NCBI GenBank assembly: GCA_964520655.1
Contig: CAZFNI010000005.1
Location: 48,852 to 112,851 of the forward strand
Source: an uncultured Planctomycetales bacterium
GTDB lineage: Bacteria > Omnitrophota > Gorgyraeia > Zapsychrales > Fredricksoniimonadaceae
DNA: 64,000 nucleotides
Direction: 5' to 3'
Positions 22,145-30,919 of this stretch are shown here, piece after piece (position 1 is the stretch's first letter; each line of letters opens with the position of its first letter). A program made the translations under genes and the position numbers. The notes under the pieces are model-generated. The model was not told the DNA's origin and searched no databases. It worked only from the letters and a program-made list of their open reading frames with translations.

Positions 22145-22918
22145 ATGCTTGTCAAAATCCTTATTTTGTCGTTTTTGATATTTGGAGTAACCTATCCGTT
22201 ATTCTTTTGGCTTAGTCATAAAAACCCCATTAAACACAATTTTCACCGATTTCACTTAGCTTGTCCTATAGTAGTCGCGGGTCTAGCGATCCTGGGTCTT
22301 TGGTTATTCCCGTTTGATGGCCTTTTAAGAGGGGCAGCCCTGTTATGGTTACTGGCGGCGTTGATCATAACTGCCTTATTTTGGAATAAGCAAGGCGTTC
22401 ATCTATTAACGATAACTTTTTTGAGTATTGGGGGGATCATTGTGTATGGCGCTATATTCGCCCATCTTGTTGCTGATGATCTTTGGTATGTGTTGGTGTC
22501 GATATTATCCGGACTTATTGTGAGTGCGGCCTTTTATGCCATGAATCTAGGCCATTTTTATTTGAATGTCCTGGGCCTGAAAGTCGACCATTTAAAGTCT
22601 GCTGTTGATCTTCTGGGACGCTTGATCGGCCTGCGATTCGTCTATGAGATCATGGTCCTGCCATTGATTCAGTTGAACTTCATTGGGGAGAAAATATCCG
22701 CGTTCAAATTTATGCTCACCCTGGACGGGTTTATGATATGGGTGGGTATTTTCTTTGGTGTTATTTTTCCATTAGGAGCTCTTTATTTCGCCAGGGGAAC
22801 ACTGCAGTTAAGAAATACTCAAGCGACAACGGGAATTTTATATGTAGTCCTATCCGGCATTCTTTTAGGCGATCTAATTTTGAAATATTCATTGATCAAG
22901 TACCATATTCCATTGTGA
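22145..22918 (+). CDS. polytopic membrane protein (7-8 TM), unknown function, co-transcribed with the bc-type complex
   Basis: Hydrophobic throughout. ATG 3 nt after the octaheme gene stop. No recognisable motif. Confidence 0.55.
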   Translation: MLVKILILSFLIFGVTYPLFFWLSHKNPIKHNFHRFHLACPIVVAGLAILGLWLFPFDGLLRGAALLWLLAALIITALFWNKQGVHLLTITFLSIGGIIVYGAIFAHLVADDLWYVLVSILSGLIVSAAFYAMNLGHFYLNVLGLKVDHLKSAVDLLGRLIGLRFVYEIMVLPLIQLNFIGEKISAFKFMLTLDGFMIWVGIFFGVIFPLGALYFARGTLQLRNTQATTGILYVVLSGILLGDLILKYSLIKYHIPL

Positions 22919-23331
22919 TCCCGACGATATCCCGTTTCTGTCCATCGTGTCAAAAATATGCTCGTCTTGCAATAAAGGACGGTACAGAACTTCAATGTCC
23001 CCATTGTCAGAATGGTTGGGGACAAGTTAAAAGTGTTAGTGAGGTATTCCAGAATTGTCCTGTTTGTTCATGCCGACAGTTTTATGTCGATAAGGATTTT
23101 AACCAGGTCATCGGTTTTATCATCATGGGGGTAGGGGTTCTGTTGGTACCAGCGACCTACGGACTTAGTCTTCCTGTTTTTGCCTTCATTGATTGGCTGC
23201 TGTATAAGAAAGTACCCCGTCTGATCGCTTGCTACCGTTGCGGTAGTGAATACCGTCATTTCAAGATACCTGCAGCATTAAAACCATTCCAGCATCACAT
23301 CGGTCTTAAATACGACAAATATAGGAAATAA
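22915..23331 (+). CDS. double zinc-ribbon membrane protein (4 x CxxC flanking one TM helix)
   Basis: CPSC-x15-CPHC and CPVC...(TM: VIGFIIMGVGVLLVPATYGL)...CYRC. The only in-frame start after the upstream stop is GTG 22915, which overlaps the TGA of the preceding gene (GTGA). The ORF-track ATG at 22738 would overlap 181 nt. Confidence 0.5.
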   Translation: MIPTISRFCPSCQKYARLAIKDGTELQCPHCQNGWGQVKSVSEVFQNCPVCSCRQFYVDKDFNQVIGFIIMGVGVLLVPATYGLSLPVFAFIDWLLYKKVPRLIACYRCGSEYRHFKIPAALKPFQHHIGLKYDKYRK

Positions 23332-23335
23332 AAGT

Positions 23336-24232
23336 TCAGGACCTCTTACGATCATTGCGGTTGATCATATCGTAGAAGAGCTGCGTGGCTTTTGAGAACA
23401 CTTTCTGGTTCTTATAGATGATAGATAGCGGGCGTTTAAAATTCATGTCTTTGACAGGGAGGATATCAAAGGACTTGCTTTTTATCTCTTGAGTAACGGT
23501 GGAGATAGGCAGTATCGAGCAGCCCACGCCCACATCGATCGCGTTCTTGATAGTTTCAATATTACTGTATACTTTGATGATATTGGGGCGGATCGATTTA
23601 TCGTGAAGGTATTGCTCGATCGCTTTTCCTGTTTGTGTCGTTGTATCAAAGCCAATAAAATCAACTCCATTCAAGTCTTCCAGGCGAAGGTTCCTTTTTT
23701 TTAGTAGAGGGTGGAGCTTAGACTGAACCAGCACCAGATCTTCCTCAGAAAAGATCTTTACCGTACATCCCGGCATGGGCTTTGGGTAAGCGACAAGCCC
23801 GAAGTCGGCTGTACCTTTTTTTATAGCCTCGTAAATATCATCCTGATGCATATATTCCAAGTTCACATTAATGTCAGGGTATTTCTTTAAGAGATGTTGA
23901 AGGATAGGCTTTAGCTGGTAAAGCCCCATGGTATAGATGGAAACAATGTGTATTGTTCCGGCATAATGCTTATTGTTCTCAGTGATCTTCGAGTGGGCAT
24001 TAGCGTATACTTCCAGCATTTGGCGCGCATAGGACATCAATATCTGCCCATCAGGCGTCAGAACGATCTTTTTTAAGGAACGTTCGAAAAGGATGCAGTG
24101 GAAATGCTTCTCAAGGATCTGGATATGCTGAGTCACGGCTGGCTGAGTGATGTTGTTCTTTTCTGCCGCAAGACGGAATGACCCGGTTTCAGCCACAGAG
24201 ATAAAAGTTTTAAAGAAGAATAAATTGATCAT
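23336..24232 (-). CDS. LysR-family transcriptional regulator
   Basis: N-terminal HTH FKTFISVAETGSFRLAAEKNNITQPAVTQHIQILE. LysR substrate-binding domain. Divergent from the nikM-hox operon. Confidence 0.9.
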   Translation of the reverse strand: MINLFFFKTFISVAETGSFRLAAEKNNITQPAVTQHIQILEKHFHCILFERSLKKIVLTPDGQILMSYARQMLEVYANAHSKITENNKHYAGTIHIVSIYTMGLYQLKPILQHLLKKYPDINVNLEYMHQDDIYEAIKKGTADFGLVAYPKPMPGCTVKIFSEEDLVLVQSKLHPLLKKRNLRLEDLNGVDFIGFDTTTQTGKAIEQYLHDKSIRPNIIKVYSNIETIKNAIDVGVGCSILPISTVTQEIKSKSFDILPVKDMNFKRPLSIIYKNQKVFSKATQLFYDMINRNDRKRS

Positions 24233-24358
24233 ATAGATCTCCCATAAGAAAAACTTATTACAAGTATAACATAAACCAACATGCGGTAAAGGTCAAAATG
24301 GTGTAATGTTGATGCATTATTAGTTCACGCGTTAAGGATCATAATTAAGGAGCAAAAG

Positions 24359-25252
24359 ATGCATATCCCACAACACATGCTTCAAGGCAATATTTGTCCA
24401 GTGACACTGGCAGTCGGCGTGGCCAGTACGGCTGCGGCTTTGTATTTTACGACCAAATCCCAGGATGAAGTTTCGCCAGCGCGTTTCGCCAGCGTTACGG
24501 CCTTGATCTTTGGGCTGCAGATGATCAATTTCCCTGTTGCAAACGGCACCAGCGGACATCTTATTGGAGGCGTCCTGGCTGCGGCACTGTTAGGTGTCCC
24601 CAGAGCCATTCTTTCCATAGTCCTTGTGTTATTGGCTCAGGTATTGTTTTTCGGGGATGGCGGACTGGACGCATTTGGAGCCAATATTTTAAATATGGCT
24701 ATCATAGGTGCTGGAGTTGGTGGAATTGGCATGCTGATGCTAAAACGCTTGCGGATAAGTCAGCCAGTTTTGATCTTCATGGCTTCCGCATCCTCAGTCG
24801 TGCTGGCAAGTCTTGCATGCACTGTTGAGGTCACATCCTCAAATCAGATCGGGTTTACGACCATGGCTCAAGCGATGATCCCATTGCATGCGCTGATAGG
24901 GATAGGAGAAGGAGTCCTGAGTGTTGCTGTATTTTATTTGTGTAGCGCTACACTAAAAGAACAAAGCAATATTCTTCCTCTTTCAATGAGAGCTTTACTT
25001 TTAATGAGTGCAGTAGCATTTGTAACTCCTTTTGCCAGTTCATTTCCTGATGGTCTAGAGCACACGATAGATCTGACGCAAATTATTTCCACAGGGAATA
25101 CATCCTTCCTGGCACTGTTAAATGATTATCAGACCCCAGGGGTCACTAATCCTTTTTGCTCAACCATAATAGCCGCAATGCTGGGCATGGGGATCGTCTA
25201 CATTTTTTCAATGGCAGTCATCCGGGTGAGGTACGCATATGATCATGGCTAA
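24359..25252 (+). CDS. ECF-type Ni/Co uptake substrate-capture protein NikM/CbiM with C-terminal PDGLE domain
   Basis: Conserved N-terminal MHIP (metal-binding N-terminus of the CbiM/NikM family). ~6 TM. C-terminal region carries the literal PDGLE motif (SSFPDGLEHT). Good RBS AAGGAG. Stop overlaps the hoxE start. Confidence 0.7.
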   Translation: MHIPQHMLQGNICPVTLAVGVASTAAALYFTTKSQDEVSPARFASVTALIFGLQMINFPVANGTSGHLIGGVLAAALLGVPRAILSIVLVLLAQVLFFGDGGLDAFGANILNMAIIGAGVGGIGMLMLKRLRISQPVLIFMASASSVVLASLACTVEVTSSNQIGFTTMAQAMIPLHALIGIGEGVLSVAVFYLCSATLKEQSNILPLSMRALLLMSAVAFVTPFASSFPDGLEHTIDLTQIISTGNTSFLALLNDYQTPGVTNPFCSTIIAAMLGMGIVYIFSMAVIRVRYAYDHG

Positions 25253-25760
25253 AAAAAAGACATATCTGGATATAGAGCTTCCCAAAAGCACTGATCCGCG
25301 ACTTAAACAGATCACCTTAAAGATGAAGAAGGAGAATTATCGTCCTGAATCATTGATCGAAGTGCTGCACACCGCTCAGAATGCTTACGGTTATTTACCG
25401 ATGAGCGTGCTGGCCTATATAACCCGGGAATTGAAATTACCGCCATCCAGGGTTTTCGGTACAGTTACGTTCTATCACTTTTTCTCTTTAAAATCCAAAG
25501 GTGATCATACTTGCCTGGTCTGTACAGGAACAGCCTGTTATGTGAAAGGCGCTCAGGCTGTACTGGATGAAGTAGAAAAAAATTTTGGTCTCAAATCAGG
25601 GGAAGTATCCAAAGACAATAAATTGGGCGTTCAGTCAGCACGCTGTATCGGGGCCTGCGGGCTCGCACCAGCTGTGGTTATTGACGAAGATGTCATTTCA
25701 AGAGCAAAACCTGAGGATGTCACCAGGATCCTCAAAGAAAAGGTGGGAGTGGCGAAATGA
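25239..25760 (+). CDS. hoxE: NAD-reducing [NiFe] hydrogenase diaphorase subunit HoxE (NuoE-like 2Fe-2S)
   Basis: CLVCTGTACYVKG...CIGACGLAP thioredoxin-like 2Fe-2S motifs. Start may be the ATG at 25245. Confidence 0.85.
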   Translation: MIMAKKKTYLDIELPKSTDPRLKQITLKMKKENYRPESLIEVLHTAQNAYGYLPMSVLAYITRELKLPPSRVFGTVTFYHFFSLKSKGDHTCLVCTGTACYVKGAQAVLDEVEKNFGLKSGEVSKDNKLGVQSARCIGACGLAPAVVIDEDVISRAKPEDVTRILKEKVGVAK

Positions 25761-27421
25761 ATCATCAGGAATTGACGACAATCGAAGAGAAATTCAAAGA
25801 AAAAGATCGCTGCTTGAAAGGTAAGGTGAGGGTTTGCTGCGGTACCGGCTGTATGGCTACCGGCAGCGAGAAGATCCTAAAAGAATTCCAAAATACCGCC
25901 AAAGAAAAAGGCGTTGAGAACGATTATGATATCAACATGTCAGGATGTATGGGGGCCTGCACCCAGGGGCCACTTGTCCGCATCGCTCCTGAAAATACGA
26001 TCTACGAACAGGTTAAAACGGATGATGTCAAAAAGATTTTTGATGAACACATTATAAAGAAGGAACCCATCAAGTCGATGTTCCTGTTCCATGAGACCAG
26101 GACAAAGTCATATGTAAATACATTCGAAGATCCGTTCTTTAAGAAGCAAGCCCACATTGTTTTAGGAGGTCGCGGGGAGATCAATCCGGAATCGATCGAA
26201 GATTATATTGGCTGCAATGACGGTTATAAAGCCCTTGAGAAAGCATTGCTGAGGTCAAGCCCGGAAGAAGTCATTTCTGAGGTTAAACACAGCCGTCTAC
26301 GAGGTCGCGGCGGTGCCGGTTTCCCAACAGGTCTTAAATGGGAAACGGTCTATAAGTATGTTTCCAATATCAAATATGTCATCTGTAACGGTGATGAAGG
26401 CGATCCAGGAGCCTTTATGGACCGCAGTGTGCTGGAGAGTAACCCTCATCGAGTTTTAGAGGGGATGATTATTGCCGGCTATGCGATCGGAGCGCAAAAA
26501 GGGTTTGCCTATATTCGCGGCGAATATGCATTGGCGGTCAAACGCTTTGAGTTGGCGATACGGCAAGCTAAAAAACTCGGCTTGTTGGGAGCTAATATTT
26601 TTGGAACTGATTTCTCTTTTGATATTGAAGTGCGCATTGGGGCGGGTGCTTTCGTTTGCGGTGAAGAAACAGCGTTGATCGCCTCCATTGAAGGAAAACG
26701 GGGTACACCAAGACCAAGACCTCCATTTCCCGCTGAGTCTGGTTTATGGGGAAAGCCTACGTTGATCAATAATGTGGAGTCACTGGCGGCTATCGCACCG
26801 ATCGTACTAAAGGGCGGTGAATGGTTCAGCGCTTTGGGTACACCCAAAAGCGCAGGTACTAAAGTCTTTGCACTCACAGGCAAAGTCATGAATTCCGGTC
26901 TTATCGAAGTCCCCATGGGGACGACACTGCGGGAGATCATTTTTGATATAGGGGGCGGCATCCCTGACGGACATAAGTTCAAAGCGGCCCAGACTGGAGG
27001 ACCATCAGGCGGCTGTATTCCAGAACAGCATCTCGATGTTAAAGTGGATTATGAATCCCTTGTTGAGGTAGGTTCGATCATGGGATCCGGTGGATTGATC
27101 GTCATGGATGATACCTGCGACATGGTTGACGTTGCCCGCTTCTTTATGGAATTCTGCATGGATGAATCTTGCGGTAAATGTGTCCCTTGTCGTGTTGGCA
27201 CCAAAATGATGTTCGATATCCTGACAAAGATCTGCGCTGGCAAAGGTAATGCGGATGATCTAAAAAAACTAGAGGAACTGGCATTCATGGTCAAGGAAAC
27301 AAGTTTATGCGGTCTGGGGATGTCTGCGCCTAACCCGCTGCTAAGCACATTGAGATATTTCCGGGGCGAATATGAAGCCTATGTGAATAAAGCCCAAAAA
27401 GCAATGGAAGCGGCACACTAA
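25757..27421 (+). CDS. hoxF: NAD-reducing hydrogenase diaphorase subunit HoxF (NuoF-like; FMN/NAD(H), 4Fe-4S, N-terminal 2Fe-2S domain)
   Basis: GRGGAGFPTGLKWE FMN-site motif. CGKCVPCRVG 4Fe-4S motif. N-terminal CCGTGC...C.GAC. Confidence 0.95.
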   Translation: MNHQELTTIEEKFKEKDRCLKGKVRVCCGTGCMATGSEKILKEFQNTAKEKGVENDYDINMSGCMGACTQGPLVRIAPENTIYEQVKTDDVKKIFDEHIIKKEPIKSMFLFHETRTKSYVNTFEDPFFKKQAHIVLGGRGEINPESIEDYIGCNDGYKALEKALLRSSPEEVISEVKHSRLRGRGGAGFPTGLKWETVYKYVSNIKYVICNGDEGDPGAFMDRSVLESNPHRVLEGMIIAGYAIGAQKGFAYIRGEYALAVKRFELAIRQAKKLGLLGANIFGTDFSFDIEVRIGAGAFVCGEETALIASIEGKRGTPRPRPPFPAESGLWGKPTLINNVESLAAIAPIVLKGGEWFSALGTPKSAGTKVFALTGKVMNSGLIEVPMGTTLREIIFDIGGGIPDGHKFKAAQTGGPSGGCIPEQHLDVKVDYESLVEVGSIMGSGGLIVMDDTCDMVDVARFFMEFCMDESCGKCVPCRVGTKMMFDILTKICAGKGNADDLKKLEELAFMVKETSLCGLGMSAPNPLLSTLRYFRGEYEAYVNKAQKAMEAAH

Positions 27422-27441
27422 AATTGGGATGAGGAGAAGTC

Positions 27442-28149
27442 ATGGCAAAAATCACACTGACAATAGATGATAAACAAATTGAAACAGAGCAGGGCAAGTC
27501 CCTCCTGGAGGTTTGCCGGGAAAATGGTGTCAATATCCCGACACTTTGCCATCTTGACGGGCTGACAGACGTTGGTGCCTGCCGGTTGTGCCTTGTTGAG
27601 ATCGAAGGAGTATCTAAGCTTTTGCCGACTTGCACAACTAAAGCGCAGGCCAACCAGGTCGTTAAGACGCAAACGGACAAGCTTAAAAAATACCGCCGGA
27701 TGATCGTGGAGATGTTCTTCGCGGAAGGGAACCACATCTGTTCTATCTGTATCGCAAACAATAACTGTGAACTCCAGGCGCTTGGATACCAGGTTGGAAT
27801 GGAGCATGTGCGGTTCCCATATATTTTTAAGAAGGCACGTGTGGATGCGTCGCATCCTTGGTTTGTGATGGACTATAACCGCTGCGTGCTCTGCACGCGC
27901 TGCGTTCGTGTTTGCGGTGAGGTTGAAGGAGCTCATAACTGGAGCGTAATGAACCGCGGACACCAGGCCAGGATCATTTCAGATTTTGACACTCCTTGGG
28001 GCGAATCCAGCACCTGTACCGATTGCAGCAAATGCGTTGATGCCTGTCCCACTGGCGCTCTTTGGCCCAAAAGGGGTATTCAGGGTCAGGTCAGGAAAAA
28101 TCCTCAAAAGATATCGCAACTTGTTGAAAAAAGGAAAATGAACCTATGA
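27442..28149 (+). CDS. hoxU: NAD-reducing hydrogenase subunit HoxU (NuoG-like 2Fe-2S/4Fe-4S)
   Basis: CRLCLVEIEG, CSICIANNNCELQ and CTDCSKCVDACPTGA cluster motifs. Confidence 0.9.
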   Translation: MAKITLTIDDKQIETEQGKSLLEVCRENGVNIPTLCHLDGLTDVGACRLCLVEIEGVSKLLPTCTTKAQANQVVKTQTDKLKKYRRMIVEMFFAEGNHICSICIANNNCELQALGYQVGMEHVRFPYIFKKARVDASHPWFVMDYNRCVLCTRCVRVCGEVEGAHNWSVMNRGHQARIISDFDTPWGESSTCTDCSKCVDACPTGALWPKRGIQGQVRKNPQKISQLVEKRKMNL

Positions 28150-28688
28150 GCAGAAAAAAGATCGCAACCGTCTGGCTGGGAGGATGTTCCGGCTGCCACA
28201 TGTCACTCCTAGATATTGATGAACGCATACTGGATGTGGCGAAACTGGCAGATATCGTTAAATGTCCTATCGTTGATGGCAAAGAATTGCCGGAGGTTGA
28301 CATCACATTGGTAGAAGGATCGATCACAAGCGACGAACATCTACATGAAATATTGATGATCCGCAAGCGCAGCAAGACAGTGGTGGCATTGGGTGATTGC
28401 GCGATCACGACCAATATCACTGGAATGCGTAATTATTTTGACAGACAGGAAGTTCTGGACCAGTCTTATGTGCATGCCGTATCCAATGACGGTAAAGGCA
28501 AAATGCCTTCACATCCGGCTTTGTTAAAACTGCATGAACGTGTGATCCCGCTTCATGAGGCAGTTCACGTGGATTATTATATTCCCGGTTGTCCACCTTC
28601 AGCAGATACGATTTTCTATGTTCTTTTTGAATTGCTCAATGATCGGGTGCCTAATTTGGACCAGGAAAGGAAATTGAAGTATGGATAA
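28146..28688 (+). CDS. hoxY: [NiFe] hydrogenase small subunit HoxY
   Basis: LGGCSGCHMSLLD proximal-cluster motif. ATGA coupling to hoxU. Confidence 0.9.
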   Translation: MSRKKIATVWLGGCSGCHMSLLDIDERILDVAKLADIVKCPIVDGKELPEVDITLVEGSITSDEHLHEILMIRKRSKTVVALGDCAITTNITGMRNYFDRQEVLDQSYVHAVSNDGKGKMPSHPALLKLHERVIPLHEAVHVDYYIPGCPPSADTIFYVLFELLNDRVPNLDQERKLKYG

Positions 28689-30117
28689 TAAACAACAATC
28701 AATCTTGATCAGCCCGGTGACACGGATCGAGGGTCATGCCAAGATCACGTTAATCTTAGATAATGGCGGCAAAATAGCTGACGCACAATTTCACATCAAT
28801 GAGTTTCGAGGGTTTGAAAAGTTTTGCGAAGGACGCCTGTTCTCGGAAATGCCAACGATCACACCCAGGATATGTGGGATTTGTCCGGTCAGCCACTCTG
28901 TCTCTAGTGCCAAGGCTTGCGAGATGATCATGGGCATAGCCCCAACGTATACCGGTAATCTTCTGCGGCGCATCATTCACATTGGGCAAACTGTTTCCTC
29001 ACACGCGCTGAGCTTTTTCCATTTGTCAGCACCCGATTTTCTTTTGGGATGGGACAGTGATCCATCGATGCGCAACATCATCGGTGTTGCTCAAAAATAC
29101 CCTGATCTGGCCAAACGCGGGATACGATTACGTAAATTCGGTCAAGAGATCAGCGAACGCGTCACAGGCAAAAAGATCCACATCATGGGCATTGTCCCTG
29201 GCGGGATGGCTTATCCGCTGACAGAAGAGAACCGCAAAGCCTTATTGGCCTGGATACCCGAAGCTCTGGAAACAACCAAAATGGGTATTGATCTGATCAA
29301 AAAATACATGGATGAGCACAAGGAAGAAGTCCAGACCTTCGCTAATTTCGAGTCTATGTATTTAGGGACAGTAGGTCCTGAAGGGGAGCTGGAACTATAT
29401 GATGGCAAACTGCGATTCATGGATAAAGACGGGACAATTTTAGATGACCAGATCGATCCAGCAAAATATCTGGATTATATTGCCGAGCGCTCGATCGATT
29501 GGTCATACCTTAAATATCCTTACTATAAAAAATTCGGATATGAAAAAGGCTTTTACCGTGTAGGCCCACTGGCGCGTCTGAATGTTGCCAGCCGCATGAA
29601 AACGCCGCAAGCCCAAAAAGAATTTCTGAATTTCAAGAAGATCAATGCTGGCAAACCTGTACACGGCACATTTTATTATCACTATGCCCGCTTGATCGAG
29701 GTGCTTGGGTGTGTTGAGGAGGCTGAATTGATCCTCAAAGATCCGAAAGTTACCGGTTTGGTAACACAAACGATCGGAAGTCAGAACGTAAAAGAAGGGA
29801 TCGGTTCATCTGAAGCACCACGCGGAACTTTGTTCCATCATTATGTGACAGATGAAGGCGGCCAGCTTACAAAAGTCAATCTATTGATCGCGACCGGCCA
29901 GAATAATCCGGCCATGAACCGTTCTGTTCTAGAAGTGGCCAAACAATATGTTGACGGCAAAAATGTTAAAGAAGGGGCTTTGAACCGTGTAGAAGCGGCG
30001 ATACGCTGCTATGACCCATGCTTGTCATGTTCAACGCATGCCATCGGTTCTATGCCGCTTTTGATCGAAATGAGAGATCATCAAGGTGAATTGATCAATG
30101 TCATTAAAAGAGGCTAA
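28681..30117 (+). CDS. hoxH: [NiFe] hydrogenase large subunit HoxH
   Basis: N-terminal RICGICPVSH and C-terminal DPCLSCSTH Ni-Fe ligand motifs, followed by a C-terminal extension for HoxW cleavage. Confidence 0.95.
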   Translation: MDNKQQSILISPVTRIEGHAKITLILDNGGKIADAQFHINEFRGFEKFCEGRLFSEMPTITPRICGICPVSHSVSSAKACEMIMGIAPTYTGNLLRRIIHIGQTVSSHALSFFHLSAPDFLLGWDSDPSMRNIIGVAQKYPDLAKRGIRLRKFGQEISERVTGKKIHIMGIVPGGMAYPLTEENRKALLAWIPEALETTKMGIDLIKKYMDEHKEEVQTFANFESMYLGTVGPEGELELYDGKLRFMDKDGTILDDQIDPAKYLDYIAERSIDWSYLKYPYYKKFGYEKGFYRVGPLARLNVASRMKTPQAQKEFLNFKKINAGKPVHGTFYYHYARLIEVLGCVEEAELILKDPKVTGLVTQTIGSQNVKEGIGSSEAPRGTLFHHYVTDEGGQLTKVNLLIATGQNNPAMNRSVLEVAKQYVDGKNVKEGALNRVEAAIRCYDPCLSCSTHAIGSMPLLIEMRDHQGELINVIKRG

Positions 30118-30550
30118 GAAATTCTTGGTATTGGGCGTGGGTAATCCGCTTCGATCAGATGATGGTGTTGGTCCGTTTATTGCCGCTCAGATCAAGAAGA
30201 AAAATATCCCTGGTGTAGATGTGATCATTTCCCATCAGCTTGATCTGGAACTTTTGGAAGAAACAGGAAAATACGCTAAAATACTGCTCATTGATGCCTC
30301 TTTTCTGGGTGAAGGTTTGGTATTTAGAAAAGTCGGTGGCATGGAACATGAGCACGGGGCTTCTTCGCATCATATGTCCCCAGAATTTTTCCGGGCATTG
30401 GCAAAGAAACTATATCACAGGGACTTGAATATTTTTCTTTGCGCTATACGCGGCCGCAATTTCGACCTGGGGGATCAACTGTCTTCAGATGTTGAGCTGT
30501 TGGTCCCAAAAGCATTAGATGAGATCTGCGCATTCTTGTTGGAGAAGTAG
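30098..30550 (+). CDS. hoxW: hydrogenase maturation endopeptidase HoxW
   Basis: LVLGVGNPLRSDDGVGPFIA signature of the HybD/HoxW protease family. Confidence 0.85.
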   Translation: MSLKEAKKFLVLGVGNPLRSDDGVGPFIAAQIKKKNIPGVDVIISHQLDLELLEETGKYAKILLIDASFLGEGLVFRKVGGMEHEHGASSHHMSPEFFRALAKKLYHRDLNIFLCAIRGRNFDLGDQLSSDVELLVPKALDEICAFLLEK

Positions 30551-30553
30551 TGT

Positions 30554-30901
30554 ATGCATGAAGGTGTTTTTACCGAAAAGATCGTTGAAGTTATCCTGGA
30601 AGAATTAAAGCAACATCCAGGTAAAAAGATCCAAAACGTCCATGTCACTGTGGGGGAAACATACCATCTGGTGCTAGAATCAGTTCTCCTGCATTTTGGC
30701 ATAGCGGTCCAGGGTACCCTTTTGGAGGGAGCTCAATTGCACATCAAAGAAGAACATATGAGGGTGGAGTGCCCGCAATGCCGAAAGATCGGTGTTGTGG
30801 AAGACCATCATATGCCGATGTGTTCTTTTTGCGGAGCGCTTAATGTCAAAACAGTCAGTGGCAACGCGATCACCGTTGATTCCATCCAATACGCTGCTTA
30901 A
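30554..30901 (+). CDS. hypA: hydrogenase nickel incorporation protein HypA
   Basis: MHE N-terminus. CPQC...CSFCG zinc site. Confidence 0.9.
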   Translation: MHEGVFTEKIVEVILEELKQHPGKKIQNVHVTVGETYHLVLESVLLHFGIAVQGTLLEGAQLHIKEEHMRVECPQCRKIGVVEDHHMPMCSFCGALNVKTVSGNAITVDSIQYAA

Positions 30902-30919
30902 ATAATCCAGGATATTCTG

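Noticed and set aside
22738-22918. ATG at 22738 as start of the zinc-ribbon protein
   Set aside because: It would create a 181-nt out-of-frame overlap with a membrane-protein gene. A GTG coupled to the upstream TGA gives a compact protein retaining all Cys pairs.
24233-24358. Sigma54 (-24/-12) promoter upstream of the hydrogenase operon
   Set aside because: The closest element (TGGTGT...GC) has GG-N12-GC spacing rather than the GG-N10-GC required. No enhancer-binding-protein gene is nearby.
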